This document shows, piece by piece, positions 24,220 to 31,111 of a stretch of DNA of 32,000 nt; position 1 is the stretch's first letter, and every line of letters begins with the position of its first letter. Source of the stretch: Rhodospirillales bacterium (GTDB lineage Bacteria; Pseudomonadota; Alphaproteobacteria; Reyranellales; Reyranellaceae); assembly GCA_016185145.1 (NCBI GenBank), contig JACPOB010000091.1, positions 15,788 through 47,787 on the forward strand. Direction: 5' to 3'. Under the pieces are notes generated by a model. The model did no database searches. It was not told the DNA's origin and saw nothing but the letters and a program-made list of their open reading frames with translations. The translations under genes and the position numbers were made by a program.

Positions 24220-24233
24220 TTGATGTATGTCAA
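24220..24233. promoter_or_regulatory. FNR/FixK-type box TTGATGTATGTCAA (orphan)
   Basis: Perfect TTGA-N6-TCAA, 16 nt beyond the stop of the 24249..24590 ORF. Only weak small ORFs lie downstream on the minus strand (starts at 24169, 24159 and 24105). Confidence 0.4.
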
Positions 24234-24248
24234 ATTCAATCCGAGAGC

Positions 24249-24590
24249 CTAGTTCGGATCAGATCGTGTTCTGCTATCGCTCGCGCTGATTTCGATCGCA
24301 CGCACGCCTCCGCTGCGCACGGAATCGCAGGTCGTTCCACCCCGATTGTTTCGCTGACTGGTCTGTGCACTGAAAGATGATCTCTTTGGCATAACAGGCA
24401 CGACTTCGGCGAAGTCTGCGTGAAGGTTCCAATGAGCAATACCTCTCAAGGACGCGAATCGGCTTCGCGCGCGCTTTTCGGCTTCCTCGACGCTTGCAGC
24501 CCTTACGACGATTACCTCCTGCGGCGCCTTGAACGGGTGGCCGTCGGAGCTGAGGAGACATTTGAAAAAGGTTACCTTGTAGCGAGCCAT
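24249..24590 (-). CDS. small conserved hypothetical protein
   Basis: The N-terminus MARYKVTFFKCLLSSDGHPFKAPQEVIVVRAASVEEAEKRARSRFASLRGIAHWNLHADFAEV resembles a roughly 70-aa family I recall from Bradyrhizobium and Rhodopseudomonas-type genomes (..YK..LSSDGH.F....R.I.......A......W.LHAD..E). The C-terminal approximately 45 aa are low-complexity. Confidence 0.5.
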   Translation of the reverse strand: MARYKVTFFKCLLSSDGHPFKAPQEVIVVRAASVEEAEKRARSRFASLRGIAHWNLHADFAEVVPVMPKRSSFSAQTSQRNNRGGTTCDSVRSGGVRAIEISASDSRTRSDPN

Positions 24591-24644
24591 TGCTTTTTCA
24601 CACGTCCGTTGCCTGAAACAATGAAGCCTTCCGCTGACCGTGCT

Positions 24645-24658
24645 TTGATCTTGGTCAA
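24645..24658. promoter_or_regulatory. FNR/FixK-type box TTGATCTTGGTCAA
   Basis: Perfect TTGA-N6-TCAA. Its centre is about 61 nt upstream of the ATG at 24590 (minus strand). Confidence 0.6.
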
Positions 24659-24761
24659 ACCGCTGCCCCCGCGCACCGCCGCGCTTGAGCTATCGACGCC
24701 TGGCCAAGGCATCCCGCAGCCCGGTCGCATGGGCCAACGCGAGAATTGCGATTCGCACCTA

Positions 24762-25947
24762 GTCGTCTGGAACTGAAGTTCATTACATTATAGGAGAGCG
24801 CTCTGGGCCTTGTAAGGAGAGCGCTGATGGCAAATGGACGTGCGAGGGGTCGGCCGATCGCGCCGTTGGAGTTGAGTGCTGAGGAGCGGGCCTATCTGGA
24901 GCGGCAAGTGCGTCGCCATCGCGTCGCCCGGTCGCTGTCCGAGCGGTGCCGCATCATTCTACGGTGTGCGGACGGATCGCCCAGCAAGTCCATCGCGACC
25001 GAGCTCGGCCGTGCACGAACACACGGTTGGCAAATGGCGGCGCCGCTTCTTGAAGGATCGCTGCGATGGCCTGTTTGACGAGGCTCGTCCAGGCCGGCCG
25101 CGCACTATCGACGATGATCAGGTTGCGGCCGTGATCGAGCAGACGTTGCGCACCACGCCGGCCGACGCGACGCACTGGTCGATCCGTTCGATGGCGGCGG
25201 AGACCGGCTTTTCCCACACCACGATCCGCCGGATGTGGGCGGCGTTCGGCTTGCAGCCGCACCGCAGCCAGACGTTCAAGCTGTCGGACGATCCGCTGTT
25301 CGTCGACAAGGTGCGCGATATCGTCGGCCTTTACCTCTCGCCGCCCAACCGCGCGCTTGTTCTCAGCATTGACGAGAAAAGCCAGATCCAGGCCCTGGAT
25401 GCGAACAGCCGGTCTTGCCGATGATGCCCGGTGTCCCTGAACGGCGGACGCACAACTACGTGCGACACGGGACGACCTCGCTGTTCGCCGCCCTCGATGT
25501 TGCCTCAGGCTTCGTCATCGGCAAGTGCTACAGGCGCCACCGGGCGGCTGAGTTCTTGAACTTCCTCAGAGAGATCGACGCTCAGGTCCCTGAAGGGCTC
25601 GACGTCCATATCGTCTTGGACAACTATGCCACCCACAAGACGCCCAAGATCAAGGCGTGGCTCGCCCGCCGGCCGCACTATCACGTACACTTCACGCCGA
25701 CTTCGGCATCATGGATCAATCAGGTCGAGCGCTGGTTTGCAGAGCTCACCAGGAAGCGGCTCCGACGCGGCGTTCATACCTCGGTCAGGCAACTGCAAGC
25801 CGACATCCGCGCCTTCATCGACCGGCACAACCAAAACCCCAAGCCCTTCAAATGGACCAAGTCCGCCGACCAAATCCTCGCCTCGGTCAAGCGCTTCTGC
25901 CAGAAGACACAGAAGACTTTATGCAGCGAACTTTAGATTCAGAGGAC
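24762..25947 (+). mobile_element. IS630-family insertion sequence (about 1.19 kb), TA target-site duplication, transposase inactivated
   Basis: Imperfect terminal inverted repeats. 24759..24788 (CTAGTCGTCTGGAACTGAAGTTCATTACAT) against the reverse complement of 25921..25950 (CTAGTCCTCTGAATCTAAAGTTCGCTGCAT) matches 23/30 positions. TA is present at 24760..24761 and at 25948..25949. Confidence 0.75.
24827..25936 (+). pseudogene. IS630-family DDE transposase, split over three frames by two single-base indels
   Basis: Frame 1 gives the HTH part (..RCRIILRCADGSPSKSIATELG). Frame 2 gives VHEHTVGKWRRRFLKDRCDGLFDEARPGRPRTI...[11 protein letters not shown]. Frame 3 gives [31 protein letters not shown]...VLDNYATHK...[12 protein letters not shown]. 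The shifts lie near 25009..25010 and 25400..25401. Confidence 0.8.
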
Positions 25948-26145
25948 TAGATTGAACTGTCCAATTCGGAACTGAGACGCAAGGATAAGAACATTAGGCT
26001 CTAGCCGAAGCCGCAACGAGTCTCGCAGGGGACACCCGCGACAAAAACGAGACCGCGGGGGCGGTTGGTGCTGGCGGGCAAAGAGCGAGGCCTCGTCGGT
26101 TCGCTCGGCCAATCGGCAGCAGGACCTCGGCTGAAGGAGATGGCA

Positions 26146-28477
26146 ATGGAAGCCCCCGGCGCCCCCGGCATCCCACCGACTTGGACGAGCAGCGACAAGG
26201 ACATGATTGGCACCAGCCTTGGGCCGGCCCGCTTGTGGTTCACGATCGGGCACGGCATCGTCAATGAGGTCTACTGGCCGCGGGTGGACTTGCCGCAGAT
26301 TCGCGATCTCGGCTTCATCGTCGCCGATGGCCGCGGCTTCTGGAGCGAAGTCAAGCGCGGGGCCGACTACGCGGTCTCGACGCCTTCTCCCGGCGTTCCC
26401 GCCGTCCAGATTCTGCACCGCTACGACCGCTTCGAGCTTGCACTGCGCATCGTGCCCGACTCGGAACGGGACGTGCTGCTGGTGGAGATCGAGCTCACCG
26501 GCGGCGACGACTTGGCACCCTATGCGCTGCTGGCGCCGCACCTTGGCGGCACCGGCTGGGACAACCGGGCCGACGGTTTCACCAACCGCGGCCGCGTCGT
26601 GCTGTGCGCCGATCAAGGCCCGTTTGCCCTGGCCCTGGCAGCCGCCGATCTCGACCAACGCGATGGCTGGCAGGGCGCGAGCGCCGGCTATGTTGGAACG
26701 AGCGACGGTTGGCAGGACTTCGCCCGCAATGGCGCCATGACCTGGTTCCATGGCAAGGCCGGGCCCGGCAATGTCGCGCTGATGGGTCGGTTGCCGAGGC
26801 GCGCCGTGCTGGCGCTCGGATTCGGCAGCGGCAAGGAGGCGGCCGCGACCCTCGCCATTTCGGCCCTGAGCCAGCCCTTCGAGACAGCATGGCACCAGCA
26901 AGTCCGCGAGTGGCAGGCCTGGCACGCCGACAAGGCTCATACCCGCGGCATGCCGCGCAAGCATGCCGAGCAGATCCATCTCTCGGCGATGGTGCTCAAG
27001 GCGCATCAGGACAAGACCTATCCAGGCGCCATGGTCGCCAGCCTCAGCGTCCCCTGGGGCAACAGCACGGACGACATCGGCGGTTACCATCTCGTCTGGC
27101 CGCGCGACCTGGTGCAGAGCGCAGGTGCGCTGCTCGAATTGCGCGCGATCAAGGAGGCGCAAGACGTGCTGCGCTACCTGATCGCGACGCAGCTCGATGA
27201 CGGCCGCTGGGCGCAGAACCAGTGGCTGGGCGGCACGCCCCGCTGGGGCGGCGTCCAGCTCGACGAGGTCGCCTTTCCTGTCCTGCTCGCCGCGGCGCTC
27301 GGCGAGCGCGACGCCCTCGGCGGCATCGGGGCACGGGATATGGTCCGCCGGGCGCTGACCTACCTGGTGCGGCAGGGGCCGGCGACGGAGCAGGATCGCT
27401 GGGAAGAGACGGCGGGCATCAACACCTTCACGCTTGCGGTCGTCATCGCGGCGCTGGTTGCCGGGGCCGAGTTCCTCGATGAGGCCGAACGGGGCGACGT
27501 CCTGGCACTTGCCGACGACTGGAACGCGCACATCGAAGAGTGGTGCGTCGCCTCGGAAACGGCGCTCAGCGCGGCGCACGGCGTCGGGCCGTACTACATC
27601 CGGGTCGCCCCCGCGCGCGTCATCGCCGACCGCGCGGCGCTTCAGGACATCGTGCCCCTCAAGAACCGCGAGCGTGACCCGGGGCTGCCGGCGGCAGAGC
27701 AAGTTTCGACCGACTTCCTGCAGCTGGTGCGGTTCGGGCTGCGCAGCCCGGAAGACCCGCAGGTGCGTAACACGGTCCGCCTGGTGGACGCATTGCTCCG
27801 GACAGAAACGCCGAGCGGGCCGGTCTGGCGCCGCTACGGTGGAGATGGTTACGGGGAGCACCCGGACGGGCGGCCCTACGACGGAACGGGCCAGGGTCGG
27901 CCCTGGCCGCTGCTGGCCGGAGAGCGGGGCCACTATGCCCTGCTGTCAGGAGAGGATGCCGAGCCCTATCTGCGGATCATGGCCGCCACCAGCGGTCGGT
28001 TGGGCTTGATCCCCGAGCAAGTGTGGGACGGCGATCCGCTGCCGCGGGTTGGCCTCCAGCCCGGCCGACCGTCGGGTTCGGCGATGCCTCTGGTCTGGGC
28101 GCACGCCGAGTTCGTCAAGCTGGCGGCGAGTGTCGCCAAGGGGGTGCCGGTGGACCGGCCCGAGGCGGTGTGGCTGCGCTACGCTGGCCGCCGGCCCAGC
28201 CCCAGCCGCGCCCACTGGTCCTCGCAGATGCCCGTGGCGAAAATCCGGCCGGGGGCAGACTCTGCGTGTGCTCTGTACCGTACCGACGGTCGCGCGTTGG
28301 AGGATCGATGGCCAGCAGGAGGTGTTCGAGACTCCGACGAGATCAGGCGCTTTCGGATTACATGTCGCCGACCTGGCAACCGAAGCCCTGGAGACCGGCC
28401 GGAGCGTCCGTGTTGCGCCCTACGCTTGGCCTAAGCAGGAATGGATCATCACCGTCGGACCGCCGGAGGAAAGCTGA
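26146..28477 (+). pseudogene. glycoside hydrolase family 15 glucoamylase/glucodextranase-like, single +1 frameshift in a G5 run (possibly a sequencing error)
   Basis: N-terminal beta-sandwich region plus an (alpha/alpha)6 catalytic region (YHLVWPRDL, QLDEVAFPVLL, DRWEE, GRPWPLLAGERGHY, MPLVWAHAEF). After 28251..28255 the conserved C-terminus (QTLRVLCTVPTVARWRIDGQQEVFETPTRSGAFGLHVADL...) continues in the next frame to 28477. I place the start at the ATG at 26146, 6 nt after AAGGAG. Confidence 0.8.
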
Positions 28478-28501
28478 AACGAGCGAGTTGCCGCCGGCAA
28501 A

Positions 28502-28515
28502 TTGATGCACATCAA
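28502..28515. promoter_or_regulatory. FNR/FixK-type box TTGATGCACATCAA
   Basis: Perfect TTGA-N6-TCAA. Its centre is about 97 nt upstream of the ATG at 28606 (plus strand). Confidence 0.55.
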
Positions 28516-28605
28516 GGAGTAAACGCCAGTCGAGTCCACGATGGGGAGCGTGCGCGGTGTCGCTCGCGACGCAGGCGGCAGGAACAGGAGATTGAGAGGG
28601 GCTCG

Positions 28606-28836
28606 ATGAAGTTGGCGATGATGACGGTGATGCTTCTCGCCATCAGCGTGGGAGGCTGCGCCAGTCCTGGCAATGATGGTGCAACGGGGGCGGCGCCTCA
28701 ACGCTATATGGGGGTATCGCCAAATGTGAACGGCACCTGGAACGGCGCGACGACCTCCTCAACCATGGTGATGCAACGGATCAAGCAGGATAACGCCAGG
28801 CGCGCGATCAGCGGTGGCGCTAACATCCAGTACTGA
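28606..28836 (+). CDS. small hypothetical lipoprotein (76 aa)
   Basis: MKLAMMTVMLLAISVGGC lipobox, with RBS GAGAGGGG upstream. The track ORF (28441) has a 5' extension overlapping the GH15 3' end. Confidence 0.55.
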   Translation: MKLAMMTVMLLAISVGGCASPGNDGATGAAPQRYMGVSPNVNGTWNGATTSSTMVMQRIKQDNARRAISGGANIQY

Positions 28837-29165
28837 CTGATCGCTGCCGACCCCAGAGCAATAGGAGAGGGGCGATAGGCAGGTGAAGCTTTGGCCTTCT
28901 AAACCGAACGTTGCTCGTTTTGGCTCGCCGGCAATGACTACAATGGCCTCTACCTGAGTTTTTTGCGGCTAGCAGCGCATCAAGAGGCTCAATCGTGGGT
29001 TTGAACCTTTCCGCTGTTGAGCGGGCCGCATTTTAAAGAGCGCGCCAATCGGCCGAGGTCTCACGGGCTCAGGCCAGCGACACTGATGGTGGTTTGCGCT
29101 GTGCCATTCTTGGGAACAAGCGGGCGTGAACGGTGTAAGGTTCGGATGACTTGAGGGAGTTCGGC

Positions 29166-29918
29166 ATGAAGCGTGCGAGATTCGCAGCGTGCGCGCTGGC
29201 GATATCCGTTTTTGGCCTTGCGGCCGCGGAGTCGGCGACGGCGGCCGACCCCACGGTGGAACGCGGCAAGTACCTGGTAACGGTCGGCGGCTGCCACGCC
29301 TGCCACACGCCGGGATACTTCTTTGGCCAGGTTGACATGACCCGCGCGCTCGGCGGTTCAGAAGTTGGGTTCGAGGTTCCGGCGATGGGCGTGTTCTATG
29401 GTTCCAATCTGACGATGGATAAGGCGACAGGCCTCGGCGACTGGAGCGACGCACAGATCGCGGCCGCGATGACGACGGGCCGGCGCCCGGATGGACGAAA
29501 GCTCGCCCCCGTCATGCCGTGGCAATCCTTGGCGGCCCTCAGCCGGAGCGACGTCAGCGCGATCATCGCCTATCTGCGGAGCCTGCCCCCGGTTCAGAAC
29601 AAGGTGCCCGGCCCGTTTGGCCCTGCGGCAATCCCCGGCTCGTGGGTCCTCAAGCTCGTGCCGCCCCAGGCGCAAAGTGCCGCCGTTGGTGCCACGCTCG
29701 CCGAACGCTGGTGTACCAGATGCCATGACATTGAGCGTACGGCGCAACCTCGATCCGCCGAAGGCGTGCCGAGCTTCAAAGCCATCGTGGCTAAGCCGCA
29801 GATGACGCCGGCAGAACTCGACAGCCACCTGTCCTCGACACACACGGGCATGCCGGACTTCCAGCTCAGCCTTTACGAACGCAGCTTGCTCATCGCCTAT
29901 ATCCAAAGCCTGCGCTAG
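29166..29918 (+). CDS. di-haem c-type cytochrome
   Basis: Signal peptide and two CxxCH motifs (GGCHACH, WCTRCH). The first domain has the GKYL....C..CHT...G....N.T.D..TG.G.W......A...G pattern of dehydrogenase-associated cytochromes c. The start at 29166 has GAGGGAG 6 nt upstream. Confidence 0.85.
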   Translation: MKRARFAACALAISVFGLAAAESATAADPTVERGKYLVTVGGCHACHTPGYFFGQVDMTRALGGSEVGFEVPAMGVFYGSNLTMDKATGLGDWSDAQIAAAMTTGRRPDGRKLAPVMPWQSLAALSRSDVSAIIAYLRSLPPVQNKVPGPFGPAAIPGSWVLKLVPPQAQSAAVGATLAERWCTRCHDIERTAQPRSAEGVPSFKAIVAKPQMTPAELDSHLSSTHTGMPDFQLSLYERSLLIAYIQSLR

Positions 29919-30010
29919 CCCCTTATCGCAATTGCCGCGCAGCGTTCGCCCTCTCTGGAGCGGGCCGCCCGCAGAGCACCCTGCGACGCCAAATCATAGC
30001 TCTGGCCACT

Positions 30011-30024
30011 TTGAGGTAGATCAA
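30011..30024. promoter_or_regulatory. FNR/FixK-type box TTGAGGTAGATCAA
   Basis: Perfect TTGA-N6-TCAA. Its centre is about 250 nt upstream of the ppk2 ATG (30268), with no closer convincing gene. It differs from the box at 18861 at one spacer position. Confidence 0.45.
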
Positions 30025-30267
30025 TGCAGCCTGTCCCGAGGGACAATAGCCGAACAGGGCTACAAATCGCGCCTTCGCGACGTCCGTGCACATCCGCCTG
30101 CCCGAGGAGATTTTGCAATATGATGTCCGTGGGGTTGAGCGTGATCGTCCGGGCCGTTTTCTCGGCCAGGCGCGACAAGCCAATCGGTTACGGCGCCTGG
30201 CAGATTGGCGCCAAGTGCCGCCGCCCATCCAACGGCGAGGAGAGAGGCACCGGCACGGAGCGATAGT

Positions 30268-31077
30268 ATGAGTAAGAAGTCCGGAAAAATACGAGACCAA
30301 CCACAGCAGTCCGCGGGCATCAGCAAGCGGGACTACGGAGAAACGCTTCACATCCTGCAAATCGAGCTCGTCAAGCTGCAGAAGCATTTCATCCGGTGCA
30401 ACGACAAGATCCTCGTGCTGCTCGAGGGGCGCGACGCCGCGGGCAAGGACGGCGTCATCAAGCGCATCGTTGAGCATTTGAGCCCGCGCGAGACCCGCGT
30501 CGTGGCTCTCGGCAAGCCCTCCGATCATGACCGCGGCAGCTGGTACTTTCAGCGTTACGCCCCGCACCTCCCGGCGCCGCAAGAGTTCGTCCTCTTCAAT
30601 CGAAGCTGGTACAACCGCGCTGGTGTCGAACGCGTCATGGGCTTCTGCACGGACGACGAATACGAGGAGTTCATGCAAACGGTGCTCGCGTTCGAGCACA
30701 TGCTGGTGAGGTCCGGGATCAAGCTGCTCAAGTACTATCTCGACATCAGCCAAGACGAACAAAGAAGGCGCCTTAAGGACCGGCGCAAGGATCCGCTGAA
30801 ACAGTGGAAGATCAGCCCCATCGACGCTCAGGCCGTCAAGCGCTGGGCGGACTACAGTTTGGCACGCAACGAGATGTTGGCCCGCACCCATAACCAGGTG
30901 ACGCCCTGGACGATCGTGCGCGCCGACGACAAGCGGTTGGCCCGTCTCAATCTTATCATGCATCTGCTGTCGCGCCTGCACTACGGCGACAAGGACGAGG
31001 CCGCGCTCCTTGTCGATCCGGATATCATCTTCGAATACCAGGACACATACATAAAGAAGGGTCTGATCGCCCCATGA
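30268..31077 (+). CDS. ppk2: polyphosphate kinase 2
   Basis: EGRDAAGKDG Walker A-like motif, and the blocks FQRY..HLP..GE...FNRSWYNRAGVERVMGF and KISPID typical of PPK2. 269 aa from the ATG at 30268. Confidence 0.9.
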   Translation: MSKKSGKIRDQPQQSAGISKRDYGETLHILQIELVKLQKHFIRCNDKILVLLEGRDAAGKDGVIKRIVEHLSPRETRVVALGKPSDHDRGSWYFQRYAPHLPAPQEFVLFNRSWYNRAGVERVMGFCTDDEYEEFMQTVLAFEHMLVRSGIKLLKYYLDISQDEQRRRLKDRRKDPLKQWKISPIDAQAVKRWADYSLARNEMLARTHNQVTPWTIVRADDKRLARLNLIMHLLSRLHYGDKDEAALLVDPDIIFEYQDTYIKKGLIAP

Positions 31078-31111
31078 GCGCCGACATCTTTCGGACAAGG
31101 AGGATGACGTG

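Noticed and set aside
24827-25936. Programmed ribosomal frameshifting as the explanation for the split IS630 transposase
   Set aside because: Two separate single-base indels in opposite directions are required, neither at a slippery heptamer that I can see. Decay is more parsimonious.
24769-25975. Direct 8-mer GGAACTGA near both ends of the IS630 element, considered as a target-site duplication
   Set aside because: The left copy (24769..24776) is inside the left inverted repeat, while the right copy (25968..25975) is 20 nt outside the element. The TA dinucleotides abutting the repeats fit IS630 biology better.
27139-27152. Relaxed FixK-type match TTGCGCGCGATCAA. One-mismatch matches also occur at 15311, 21403, 26341 and 30937.
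   Set aside because: All are inside coding regions and only fit a degenerate consensus. They were not counted among the ten perfect intergenic boxes.
25939-27933. 664-aa minus-strand ORF
   Set aside because: It is antisense to the GH15 glucoamylase gene. The sequence is low-complexity, Arg/Pro/Ala-rich, and has no recognisable domain.
28985-29015. GTGGGTTTGAACC, which looked like a tRNA T-arm in the 330-bp spacer before the cytochrome c gene
   Set aside because: There is no complementary T-stem strand, no acceptor stem, and no anticodon arm around it.
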